DNA of 64,000 nt from a bacterium (GCA_031385045.1 JANNBC010000007.1:64001-128000), one strand, 5' to 3'. Positions 1 to 9,939 are shown, counted from the first letter of the stretch. Numbers and translations: made by a program. The notes: generated by a model not told the origin, from the sequence alone.

Positions 1-309
1 AACAACATCTTTTAAATTTTGAAATGGAATTGTGTTAGAAATTAGCGTTTGAACATCTTCTTTTTTGTTACCAAGCAACTTAGTTGAAAGAAAAAGTCCT
101 GCTCCACCCAAATTAGTAGAGAAGAATACTTCCTCTTTAATGAAGTCATAATCTCCCTGCATACAACGGCCAGGAAATTGCAAACTCAAAGGAATTTTTT
201 GACCCGGAATAATGTTAATAAAATCCATCGCATCTGGCTCTTCTGCCATGCAGACAGAAAGAGCAGTAGTAAAAACTACAATAAAAACTAATAATTTCTT
301 AAGATTCAT
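1..309 (-). CDS. Secreted hypothetical protein, partial (runs off window start); third gene of the giant-protein cluster
   Basis: Not in ORF track. Hand translation from ATG at 309 (AGAGGA RBS, 7 nt after the upstream stop): MNLKKLLVFIVVFTTALSVCMAEEPDAMDF..., open to position 1; signal-peptide-like N-terminus. Confidence 0.75.
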   Translation of the reverse strand, partial: MNLKKLLVFIVVFTTALSVCMAEEPDAMDFINIIPGQKIPLSLQFPGRCMQGDYDFIKEEVFFSTNLGGAGLFLSTKLLGNKKEDVQTLISNTIPFQNLKDVV

Positions 310-316
310 CTATCCT

Positions 317-2632
317 CTATTTAGCCACACCAGCTAAGATCTGTTGAACCAAATAATCACCGGTTACAACTCCTTCGGCTAATACCATCCGGTCATCGGA
401 ACTACTACTATCAGTCTTAACTCTAAAATTAATTACAACTTGATCGTCATTGCTTGGTAATACTTCAATCTGCAGAATTGGAGTATCCCCAGTTTCGGCA
501 ACTAATAAATCTCCTACCCTTAGATTACGAGCTTGAACTAAACCTTCGGAAGTGAGCATTGGGTGAGTTTGGGTGACAAGAATCTCTCCCACCTTAGATC
601 GCAATCTAATCATTGGCGCCACTTCCGCAGATTCGATAACTAACTCGATTGGCAGATCTTGCCCAGTAACTGGATTTTTAACCAAATCACCAGCGCGAAC
701 ATTTTTAATAGCCTTAGAAGTCCCATCCGCCATCAAGATCTTAGTCTCTGGGTCAAAACATCCAGCGGTACGTTGAGTTGTACATGTTTTATTTGGTTCC
801 TTAGGCGCTCTACTTGGACTAGGCTCTGGTTTTGGATCACATGGCTTCGGATCAAAATGCCAAACTCCAGAATTATCTAAATAGACATTAGTACAATCAT
901 CTTCACAAGCACAGGCTGAAACATCAACTCCAGGACAACAAGTATGTTCTCCAGTAACACTTCCATAGTAGTTCGTAACAGGAGGATTACATCCACTACT
1001 AGGATCTATTAAAAGATCATGATCAAATCCACAACTTTTATTGCACCAAACATTTGCTAATGGCGCAATATCGTTCTCAGGGGCATCACATTTAGTAACA
1101 AGCCCCATTTTAAGTAGCTTATTGCAAACAGCGAGAAGATTATCATCAAAAACTTTTTGATTAAATTCTTGCCTGACATAAGCAAAACTTTTTGCAAGGG
1201 GAGCTGGAACTAAATCTTTTGCTTTATCAGTCCACTGAGGAGCTCCGGCTACTTCAGTATTGGCAGTACCAAAAATTGCATAGTCACAATCCTCTGTAGA
1301 ATCTAGTACCCCATCTCCACAACTTGGGCCACCATCAATTGTACAATTAATACTACACTTGGAATCTTGAATAAGTTTTCCAATGCCGTTACTATCCTCA
1401 ACATAAATAGTACTGCCATTGTTATAGCCATCATCACATGCTTCGGGACGAGCCTCTGCAATTGAAACCACATTCCCATCTTTATCTATTGGCTCAAAGT
1501 AATAATTTCTAGCAATTGGATCAATTTGACCATCACCACAGTAAGCATCATCAATGACACAAAACCCAATCCGATCGCGACTAATTTTATTATTAGCAAG
1601 ATTTGTGACAGTTACTGTATTTTCATGGTAGGTCATTGACTGCCGAAAGAAGAAGGGCTTAATAATCGTAATTGTCATTGCCGATTGTGGAGCAAGTTTA
1701 AAACTACTAGTTGCTGGATCGAAATTACATAAATTTGAGCCTGAGGAAGAACAAGTAATATTTTTGGAATTTATTTTAGCTTGGATAGCGCTAGCACTGG
1801 AAAAATATGAACTAAAGTCAGTGTCTTGAATTGTAAAATTAACTTCTGTAGAACTTGGATTAATAATATCAAAACCAATATCCATGGCATCCTGAACAAC
1901 TGTCAAAGAGTAGGTATGATCCTTGGCGGTTTGGTAATTATTTTGATATTCATCGGGAGAACTAACACAAACTGATGAGTCTACATAACTGTCATATTTA
2001 GTACCTACTGCGACTGGCATAGATATTACACTCCACCCAGAAATAGGCTCTGTAATAAGCGCATACTTATCAACCCTTAACTCTGTTCCATCTCCAATAC
2101 AAAAGCAGGCATAATCTTCCACTAAACCTGTAAAACTTGCGGGCGAGGCTTCTGCTGCGGACATGGGATATTTAACTTGAATTTTATTACAGTGAACGCC
2201 AAAGGGATTAGCATCTGCTTGAGTAAGCACCTTAGAAACCTGAATCGTCCAAGTCTCCCCAATCGACAGTATCCCATCATTTCCAGCATCACCCTTATAG
2301 ATTACAGAACTAGTAGTACTGGCCTGGAAGTTACTTGGCATTACAGGAGGAAGGATAATTTTATCATCAGAGACTAAAACCTTGCTAGCGGGAATATTAA
2401 TAAGACCATTATTGGTAATATCATAATTAAAAACAGTAGTCGCCCCAACCGCAAACTTTCCAGAATCACTAACAGTACTACAATCTGTTGTTTCGTTGAT
2501 TTGTTTTTTCTCTTGAAGATTTACACCACTACAGATCTCCTGCGCCAGAAGTTCAAGATTGCTAGAAATTAAAAGTAAGGCTGTAAATACCCCTAATAAA
2601 ATCTTAACTGGTGAATTAACTTTACTATTCAT
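317..2632 (-). CDS. Secreted Ig-like/Cys-rich repeat protein with C-terminal Hint (autoprocessing) domain
   Basis: Signal peptide; two DUF11/DUF7507-like Ig domains (FNYDITNNG, GDAGNDGILSIGETW); CGDG...CD repeats; Pro-rich linker; Hint motifs G-CF (Cys625), VTQTHP, VINF, LAEGVVT. Confidence 0.85.
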   Translation of the reverse strand: MNSKVNSPVKILLGVFTALLLISSNLELLAQEICSGVNLQEKKQINETTDCSTVSDSGKFAVGATTVFNYDITNNGLINIPASKVLVSDDKIILPPVMPSNFQASTTSSVIYKGDAGNDGILSIGETWTIQVSKVLTQADANPFGVHCNKIQVKYPMSAAEASPASFTGLVEDYACFCIGDGTELRVDKYALITEPISGWSVISMPVAVGTKYDSYVDSSVCVSSPDEYQNNYQTAKDHTYSLTVVQDAMDIGFDIINPSSTEVNFTIQDTDFSSYFSSASAIQAKINSKNITCSSSGSNLCNFDPATSSFKLAPQSAMTITIIKPFFFRQSMTYHENTVTVTNLANNKISRDRIGFCVIDDAYCGDGQIDPIARNYYFEPIDKDGNVVSIAEARPEACDDGYNNGSTIYVEDSNGIGKLIQDSKCSINCTIDGGPSCGDGVLDSTEDCDYAIFGTANTEVAGAPQWTDKAKDLVPAPLAKSFAYVRQEFNQKVFDDNLLAVCNKLLKMGLVTKCDAPENDIAPLANVWCNKSCGFDHDLLIDPSSGCNPPVTNYYGSVTGEHTCCPGVDVSACACEDDCTNVYLDNSGVWHFDPKPCDPKPEPSPSRAPKEPNKTCTTQRTAGCFDPETKILMADGTSKAIKNVRAGDLVKNPVTGQDLPIELVIESAEVAPMIRLRSKVGEILVTQTHPMLTSEGLVQARNLRVGDLLVAETGDTPILQIEVLPSNDDQVVINFRVKTDSSSSDDRMVLAEGVVTGDYLVQQILAGVAK

Positions 2633-2745
2633 ATATACAAATAACTTAACATGCCACTTTTTCCCTTACTAGAGATTAGCATAGTGACGTGCCGACACAA
2701 GGCCTTTGTTAAAAAATTCAAACCTGCTTTCGATTAAATTTTCAA

Positions 2746-5700
2746 TCATGGCTTAACCACCCTTTCAGCAGTCCAAGAGTAGCCTATTTTCTGATCTCTA
2801 AATTGATTTTGACTGTCGGCAATCATTCCTCCATTTTGAGCACTAATTAGTGCGTTGGAAACAATTAAAATATCTCCTGCTTTAACAGCAAAATTTAGAG
2901 CGATGTCACCACTTGGATCAACCTTAGACCCACCGAGTAGCGGAAATGATTTAAGCCTTGTGACAAACTCTCCACTTGGCATCAATATTTTTTCCTCAAC
3001 TATAGACATGCCGGCAATCCTGCCATTTCTTGCAAAGATTGAAAGATAGCCATTATTAGTAGGATCAACCTTTGATACCCACTTCCAAAGTCCCTGAATC
3101 GACTTCGTCTCAGCAGTAGAATTATTACTAATTTCATTTTTTAGCGGCACATTACTAGCTGATCCAATCACTTTATTTTGATCATCAGTCTTGGAGTCTT
3201 TACTAGATGTTTTTTGCAATCTCTGAATTTCTCTAAGTGCATCACCTTCATTTAGATAACTTCCAGAGTACCAATCAACAGTTCTTCCAGTAACCTCCTG
3301 ACCATCTTTGAAAAGAATAAATCCATTATTTGCGTAAAGATCTTTTACATCATCTTCAAAATCAAAGTTTACTTTGATTGATTTTAATCCATAGGTGCGA
3401 GCATCAATAACTTCACTGTCATCACTGACAGCATTAGCATTTTCATCAAACCAGAGCGAAATTGGGGTTAGCTCCTCTCCTTCTAAGTACCCATTATTAT
3501 TTTTATCTAAACTACCTAAAGCTTCATATCCATTTGCCCATGGTGCTTTAGTTTTAAGATTTCCGCCAAATGTAAAGTTACCAAACAACATCGATCCATC
3601 CTTAATTTGACCTGACTTCTTAGGATCAAATACTAAAAGCGGCCTGTTAGCATTTGCTTTCCACACAACCCATTCTTTTTCTTTAGCTGGGTTAAGAGAG
3701 AATTTTTTTGGAACAAAAAACGAAGTTAAATCTTCATTGAGAATTAAAGAAATAGGCGATAAGGCCGCAGTAATATCAACTTCTCCACAGACACCAAGCT
3801 CCTGCAGATTAACATCTTTATTACTCACTACATTGCAATCCTTATCTAGGTAGTATCGATTGATACCTTGATTAGACATCTGAGTGGTCATTGCACTATA
3901 TGCTCTTTCGAAAGCTAGATCCCAGCCCCAAGTACAAGGCCGAGTTACATCAACAGAGGTAGTACCATCTGCATTATACACCATTCTCAATTCACAATCT
4001 GGATTAATAAATGGATCTGAGATTCTGCTCCCATAGGTATAAATAAATGCCTCATAATTTGATGCCATTTCACGGTAGGTTGTAGGACCTCCTGCCCAAG
4101 CACTATCTAAAAATGCAGGAATGCTAAATCCAGTTATTTGTTGAACTAATTGATAATACTTTAGATCATCCGCTACATTACCATAAACTTGTTTTGAGAA
4201 GGTCATTCCATAGTAATCAGTTGACGATCTCACGACGTTTGGATTTAATGAATCTTGTGGAGAGTTGTGATCATACAGCTCTTTTTGATAAAGATTGTCA
4301 TTCAAACCTTCAGAGCCGATTAGTTGGCTAACACAAGAAATCCGACCTTCCATTTGTGATTTCCAAAGCTGATATTCCGGAATATCATCGCATGTTATTC
4401 CATTCTGGATAATTGAATTATTTTTAACGCAATTTTGAGCAAGGACATTCATTCCATAAAGAGAACCATTGTCTTTATAAGAAATATCACTTTGATCCGA
4501 TTGATAACCTAATTTAAATTTCCAATAATTAATTAATACACCTTGAAAGTTAATCTCTGTTAATTCACAGCTCTTAATCTGGCATCTAAATGTGCAATTC
4601 TCTGGATCTCCAGCAAAATCGCATTGTTCGCCACCATTAATAATTCCATCTCCACAGTAGGTACAAGCAGCTCCATATGTTCTGCAATTAAGTGGATCTT
4701 GTAGAGATTTATCTAGAGCGGTAGTCCCGAAAGGACCTTTATAAGCGAAGTCACAGGTCTCTGGAGCTTCAATAATGCCATTACCACATCGAGGACCACC
4801 AGTCCCAACACAAAACGAAGCGTAGTCAGAACTTTCAACGCTAGCTCCACCAACGGTAGATGTACCCCTTACAACTACATCATTACGATGCGGTCCAGCT
4901 GGTAACATAAAAGCACCAGCATTATAAATCCAAACTTCCCCTTGCTCTAAAATTCCATTGCGATTGGAATCGCCACTTGGAGAATAAGCTAGCGGATCGG
5001 ATGCTGTAAACCTATAGGAGTTACCAAGGACAGCATCAGTCAGAACAAGATTGGAGACAGCAGGAGACCCTGGCTTAAGCTTCACTTCATAACTAAAAGC
5101 TGCATATTGATCCGTTGTGATAAAATTTGTGATCAAACTATTTGTTCTATCACAGTTAGTAATATCTCTTCTCACTGGCTCCACAGTATTGGTATTGTTA
5201 GATGTAACCTTTTTAATAACTATAATATCTGATGTACTGGTATCAACAATTAAGCAAGTTGAATTACAATAAGCAGTCCCAGCTACATTGGAAGGCATTT
5301 TTGAACCATCACATTGCTCACTTCCATTAATAATACCATCACCGCAATAAGGTTCTAGTTCACACCAAGAATTACATGTAGCCCCTTTAGGGTGTGGCTG
5401 GATACCTGGAATATTATCAAAGTCTCCTCCATCACAAGCTTCCCCAGATTCTCTAATTCCATTACCACAAAAACCAATTTCTAAATCACAAGATGGTGTA
5501 CAAACTTCGTTATTAGTGGAGCTCTGAACCCCACTTGCCAAACCAAAATCTCGATTATCACAATACTCAGGACTTTCTCTAAGACCATTACCGCACCCTA
5601 ATGGTATTAATCGGCAATTTGCTGAACAGATCACTCCAGCAGCAGTACCAGCTGGAACTACCGTACCATCACACTCTTCGTAACCATTAATTATTCCATC

Positions 5701-8700
5701 TCCGCAGACTGGTGCAATCTTACAAGACCAATCACAAATTGATCCATCGGTAGTTTTTTGAACTCCTGGATCTAAACTAAAATCTAAGGCATCACAGACT
5801 TCTGTGCCTTCTCTGATACTATTACCACAATAAGTATAGTAAATATCGCAGACATCCGTGCAGGAGTCTCCAGAGGTGCTAGGTTGCACCCCTTGTAACG
5901 TAGAGAAATCATTGCCATCACAGGACTCACCATTCTCAGACTCCATCAAGCCATTACCACAGATAATTGGAACAATTTTACATTCTGAACAAGTGGAAGT
6001 AGACGGTGTGCCTACAGGTATTACTCCACCATCACATTCTTCTCCTGGCTCAATAATATTATTGCCACAGATACCTGGGCATTGACCTACCTTCTTAACA
6101 ACTGTCACGCTTGGACCAGAATCAATTACGCAAAAGGATGAATTGTCAGTCGTTGGAGCGACAACTGAATTGTCAATATTTTTGGCTGTCACATTAACAG
6201 TATTACTATGTCCACCTGTAGCCAGAGTTGTATTTAATAATTGATAAATCCAAACTTCGCCAAACTCCAAGATATTATTCCCATTATCACCACTTACATA
6301 AACTGGCGTACCAATTTTATTATCAGAAAGGACTAAATCTTTAATTGGATTAGTGTTGCCGTCTTTTAATTTAACTTCAAATCGAAAATTTACTTTTTCG
6401 GATCTGGTAATAAAGAAGTCGCTAGTACTTTGAACGTTCGCACAATTTAGTATCGAATGTTTACGTTGCAGGTAATTACTTTCAGTACTTTTAGAAACTA
6501 GTTTTCGCACCACCGCTTCGCCTTTGCCGGTAACACAAACACCAACGGAACTAGTAGCAACTACACTACTACCAGCAGAGTCAGTCCCAAGTACTGTTGC
6601 TGTATTAAGCAGAGCTCCAAGGTTACTAGCAGTAAACGAAATTGTTGGGGTGTAAGTACGAGAAGAATTTGGTAAGATTGTAAATGCTGGGGATGTTGGT
6701 AATAAATGCCCTCCCGCTCCAAAAAGCATCGTGTCATTAATCTGAGTAATTGTTACTGGTAAGCCCCCATCATTAAAAATCTCAAAGGAATAATTAACTG
6801 TAGCAGACTGATGAACAATTTTATTATTAGTAACTTGTTTAAGGATATTAGTAATATCACAATCAGCATTGCTAGTGACATTAGTGACGATATTATCATT
6901 AACAAATGTTTTACTTTCTGAAAGTGCTCGCTTAACTACCCGAATCCCAGATTTATAAGTAAGCTTACAACCGAAATTAGGAGTATTGTTAGTAATCTCA
7001 TCATTAATTGAAGTGCAACCATTAATTGAAGTATTCTCTAATTGCTTTTGAGCTAAAGTTTTACTTGCGCCAATAGTTCCAAAGTCATTTCCATCGCATT
7101 GTTCCGTAGCATGATCTACAACTCCATTTCCGCAACCAATCGTGGTAAATTCAGTTTTAACTGGTAGCGAAGATGCAAAACCATTAGAGACTCCAACTTG
7201 GGCAGTACTCGAATGAAGTCCAAGATTATCAAATGGAATAAATTTAAAATCATTGACCGAGAAAGTAACCGTTTGCCCTGGAGCTAAAGGAGCTCTTGGT
7301 AAAGAAGTCGGTGCTTTTGTTAAGTCAGGCCAGGAACTTCCACTGGCAATAATGGCATCAACTACCGAAATAAGATCTAATGGGCTAGGTCCTGTATTTT
7401 GAATACTATATTCAACTAGCACCACAGCCTGAAGTTTACCACCACTAATGATAGTTGGTTTAGGTTGATAGTCTCTTATATTAATTGTACCTTTAACTAC
7501 ATTCTCCCCAAGCAAGATCGCACTACTTGCAGCTGGGAGAGAGAAATCTCTTTGCGTACTACTAATACTAGTCCCAGAATTTTTAATAGTCTTAGTTACG
7601 CGAACAGTTTCTAAGTAATTTAAGTTACAAGTATTAGAACAGCTCTCAACATTTGCTGGCTTACCAGCAAGACCAAAGTCTAAACCATCACAGGCTTCAC
7701 TTGTTTCTTTAAATCCATCCCCGCAACCTGTAACACAATATCCAACCGTATCAGAGGCCTCAACGTTTACACCATTTAAGTCTTCCCCTTCAACCTTAGC
7801 TAGGTTTCTAACTAAACCAAGAGTGCTGGCAAGATAAGGAATAGCAGGTGACGGAGTATATGTCCTAGATTGTCCAGCCGGAATGGAAATTGCTGGATTA
7901 ATTGCAAATGAATTCAAACCAAGTTGTGCATCTGTGATGCGATCAACGGTCACTGGCAAACCTCCAGTATTTGTAATCACAAAACTATAATTCACATTGG
8001 TATTTCGAGTAACAACTTTCTTATTGGTTATTTGAGTTTGAATGTTTGTACCCTGACATTGAATTGCAGAGCTTACGACTTTGGGATCGCCAGTAATATC
8101 TTCGATTGTTCCGGTAGAGCTAGTGGCAATTTTATTTAACGTGATGAAAGCATCGTAAGTATACTTACAACTTGCATTACATCCTGTGGCTAGACCAGGA
8201 GCAGAACCCATGTTCGCACCATCGCATTGCTCGGGGACAGTTGCATTAATATCAACAAAACCATCACCACAACCTGTGACACAGACTCCAACAGAATCAC
8301 TCGCACTTACAGCAGTGTTACTTGTGTCAGTTCCATAAATCGTTCCTGAATTTCTAAGTAATCCTAAACTATTTGCAGGGTAAGGATTACTTGCAAAGGC
8401 GGGAATATATGTATAGCTTAGCCCCGGGGCAATGGAGACATTACCAGGAATGATTGCATTATTTAGTCCAAGTAGCGGATCATCAATCCTATCTAAGCGG
8501 ACAGCTCTGCCTCCGGTATTAGTAATAATAAATTGATAACTAACTGAGGAGGATTGTTTAATTACCTTACTATTAGTAATTTGAGTCTGAATATTAGACC
8601 CCTGACATTGATTAACTGTAGTCACATCAGTAGCAGCACTTGTATCTTCAAAAGTCTTACCGCTAACAATCGCCTGCTTAACTAGAGAAATCCCTGAGTT

Positions 8701-9939
8701 ATAGGTATACTGACAACTAGCATTACAACCTGTTGCTAAACCAGGAGTTGTTCCCATATTCGCACCATCACATTGTTCGGGTACTGTTGCTGCAGTGTCA
8801 ATAAATCCGTCGCCACAACCTGTAACACAAAACTCAGCTTGCTCAGTATCGCTAACGCCAAGTGGTGGAAGCGCCGCATTATCATTAATAGTGACATCAT
8901 CATGATGAAGTCCTTGAGTAAATCCACCAGGGAGTGAATGGGTAACAGTGAAACTTGCCCCAACATCTAAATCAAATAATGGTGATGAATAAGAAATTGC
9001 TGGATCGGTAATCCTTAAATTTGTTAACTTAACAGTCCCTGTATTTGTAGCTTTGAAACGAAACTCAACAGAGGAATTATTGCGGACATGCTTTTCCGTG
9101 GTAGTTGTTGTAATCGCATTACACGGAGTCGTCACCTTTGATTGCGTAGTCCAATCAACCCCTGAAGGGATACTTCGAAATTCTTTTGTAATAACTAAGC
9201 CAGGGTTTGTTAAGCGACACTGGGTATTACAACCAGCTTGATTATTTCCATTTCCATTGGCAGCAGTTCGATCACACTCCTCGCCATTATTCGGTGAGAA
9301 CACATTATCATTGCAGCGCTCAACCTTACAAGTCGGCGTACATTTTAGAAAATATTCAGCGCCAACATTTAATGATCCATAATCATTAATATCGCATTGC
9401 TCGGGAACTCCATAAGCAACATTATTAATTAAGCCATCACCGCAGTATTCAATTTTACAAGTTGCCGTATTACAGCGCCCATGACCCACATTCTGAGCTG
9501 GTGTTGGAAAATTATTTTGGAAATCAGCACCATCACATTCTTCGCTAGGATTATTAGCTACTGTATCTCCGCAATATGTACAGTTACTAGTGCAATCACC
9601 TTCAGCAGTTGAACTTCCAGGTGGATCACAAGTTTCGCCAAGAAGCTTCGTAACGATTCCATCACTACAAAATCCACAGATTAAGCATTCACATCCAGCA
9701 CATCCGCATATCGTATCATCACGAACACTAATTGGAGTCTGACCATCGGGACACATCGCATGACCCGCATAAGTTTCTGGAGATGCTTCAATAATTTGTG
9801 GGGCGGGAAGTGATAATGGAGCTTGTTGGATTGCTTGTTCTGGGTTGCTAGGCTGTGCAAATAGAATATTTTCCGGATAAAGTTGGAAAATCCCTGTTAA
9901 AACAGTGATAAAAAGAAAATATCTAAAAAATATCCACAT
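2746..9939 (-). CDS. Giant secreted surface protein (2397 aa): myxobacterial-type Cys-rich (DUF4215-like) repeats, about 7 DUF11/DUF7507-like Ig domains and a FrpC-like Ca2+-binding self-processing module
   Basis: Signal peptide; about 17 CG(D/N)G-like..E.CD..C...C repeats; repeated VxK...(Y/F)xFxxTNTG...D...N domains; near the C-terminus SPISL...LLVFD...GSMLFG...NGYEALGSLDKNNNG...LWFDENANAVSDDSEV. Confidence 0.85.
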   Translation of the reverse strand: MWIFFRYFLFITVLTGIFQLYPENILFAQPSNPEQAIQQAPLSLPAPQIIEASPETYAGHAMCPDGQTPISVRDDTICGCAGCECLICGFCSDGIVTKLLGETCDPPGSSTAEGDCTSNCTYCGDTVANNPSEECDGADFQNNFPTPAQNVGHGRCNTATCKIEYCGDGLINNVAYGVPEQCDINDYGSLNVGAEYFLKCTPTCKVERCNDNVFSPNNGEECDRTAANGNGNNQAGCNTQCRLTNPGLVITKEFRSIPSGVDWTTQSKVTTPCNAITTTTTEKHVRNNSSVEFRFKATNTGTVKLTNLRITDPAISYSSPLFDLDVGASFTVTHSLPGGFTQGLHHDDVTINDNAALPPLGVSDTEQAEFCVTGCGDGFIDTAATVPEQCDGANMGTTPGLATGCNASCQYTYNSGISLVKQAIVSGKTFEDTSAATDVTTVNQCQGSNIQTQITNSKVIKQSSSVSYQFIITNTGGRAVRLDRIDDPLLGLNNAIIPGNVSIAPGLSYTYIPAFASNPYPANSLGLLRNSGTIYGTDTSNTAVSASDSVGVCVTGCGDGFVDINATVPEQCDGANMGSAPGLATGCNASCKYTYDAFITLNKIATSSTGTIEDITGDPKVVSSAIQCQGTNIQTQITNKKVVTRNTNVNYSFVITNTGGLPVTVDRITDAQLGLNSFAINPAISIPAGQSRTYTPSPAIPYLASTLGLVRNLAKVEGEDLNGVNVEASDTVGYCVTGCGDGFKETSEACDGLDFGLAGKPANVESCSNTCNLNYLETVRVTKTIKNSGTSISSTQRDFSLPAASSAILLGENVVKGTINIRDYQPKPTIISGGKLQAVVLVEYSIQNTGPSPLDLISVVDAIIASGSSWPDLTKAPTSLPRAPLAPGQTVTFSVNDFKFIPFDNLGLHSSTAQVGVSNGFASSLPVKTEFTTIGCGNGVVDHATEQCDGNDFGTIGASKTLAQKQLENTSINGCTSINDEITNNTPNFGCKLTYKSGIRVVKRALSESKTFVNDNIVTNVTSNADCDITNILKQVTNNKIVHQSATVNYSFEIFNDGGLPVTITQINDTMLFGAGGHLLPTSPAFTILPNSSRTYTPTISFTASNLGALLNTATVLGTDSAGSSVVATSSVGVCVTGKGEAVVRKLVSKSTESNYLQRKHSILNCANVQSTSDFFITRSEKVNFRFEVKLKDGNTNPIKDLVLSDNKIGTPVYVSGDNGNNILEFGEVWIYQLLNTTLATGGHSNTVNVTAKNIDNSVVAPTTDNSSFCVIDSGPSVTVVKKVGQCPGICGNNIIEPGEECDGGVIPVGTPSTSTCSECKIVPIICGNGLMESENGESCDGNDFSTLQGVQPSTSGDSCTDVCDIYYTYCGNSIREGTEVCDALDFSLDPGVQKTTDGSICDWSCKIAPVCGDGIINGYEECDGTVVPAGTAAGVICSANCRLIPLGCGNGLRESPEYCDNRDFGLASGVQSSTNNEVCTPSCDLEIGFCGNGIRESGEACDGGDFDNIPGIQPHPKGATCNSWCELEPYCGDGIINGSEQCDGSKMPSNVAGTAYCNSTCLIVDTSTSDIIVIKKVTSNNTNTVEPVRRDITNCDRTNSLITNFITTDQYAAFSYEVKLKPGSPAVSNLVLTDAVLGNSYRFTASDPLAYSPSGDSNRNGILEQGEVWIYNAGAFMLPAGPHRNDVVVRGTSTVGGASVESSDYASFCVGTGGPRCGNGIIEAPETCDFAYKGPFGTTALDKSLQDPLNCRTYGAACTYCGDGIINGGEQCDFAGDPENCTFRCQIKSCELTEINFQGVLINYWKFKLGYQSDQSDISYKDNGSLYGMNVLAQNCVKNNSIIQNGITCDDIPEYQLWKSQMEGRISCVSQLIGSEGLNDNLYQKELYDHNSPQDSLNPNVVRSSTDYYGMTFSKQVYGNVADDLKYYQLVQQITGFSIPAFLDSAWAGGPTTYREMASNYEAFIYTYGSRISDPFINPDCELRMVYNADGTTSVDVTRPCTWGWDLAFERAYSAMTTQMSNQGINRYYLDKDCNVVSNKDVNLQELGVCGEVDITAALSPISLILNEDLTSFFVPKKFSLNPAKEKEWVVWKANANRPLLVFDPKKSGQIKDGSMLFGNFTFGGNLKTKAPWANGYEALGSLDKNNNGYLEGEELTPISLWFDENANAVSDDSEVIDARTYGLKSIKVNFDFEDDVKDLYANNGFILFKDGQEVTGRTVDWYSGSYLNEGDALREIQRLQKTSSKDSKTDDQNKVIGSASNVPLKNEISNNSTAETKSIQGLWKWVSKVDPTNNGYLSIFARNGRIAGMSIVEEKILMPSGEFVTRLKSFPLLGGSKVDPSGDIALNFAVKAGDILIVSNALISAQNGGMIADSQNQFRDQKIGYSWTAERVVKP
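5250..6075 (-). repeat. Block of seven consecutive Cys-rich repeats in A-B-C-A-B-C-A order within the giant protein
   Basis: CGNNII/CGNGLME/CGNSIRE/CGDGIIN/CGNGLRE/CGNGIRE/CGDGIIN units; boundaries approximate. Confidence 0.7.

Noticed and set aside
317..760. Hint region as a true splicing intein or polymorphic-toxin pretoxin Hint
   Set aside because: No terminal His-Asn, no C-extein nucleophile, no homing endonuclease and no downstream toxin domain.
2677..2695. Sigma54-like motif upstream of the Hint protein gene
   Set aside because: GG-to-GC spacing is 11, not the required 10.
573..9389. Short plus-strand and alternate-frame ORFs within the two large genes
   Set aside because: Antisense or overlap artefacts of long, well-supported CDSs.
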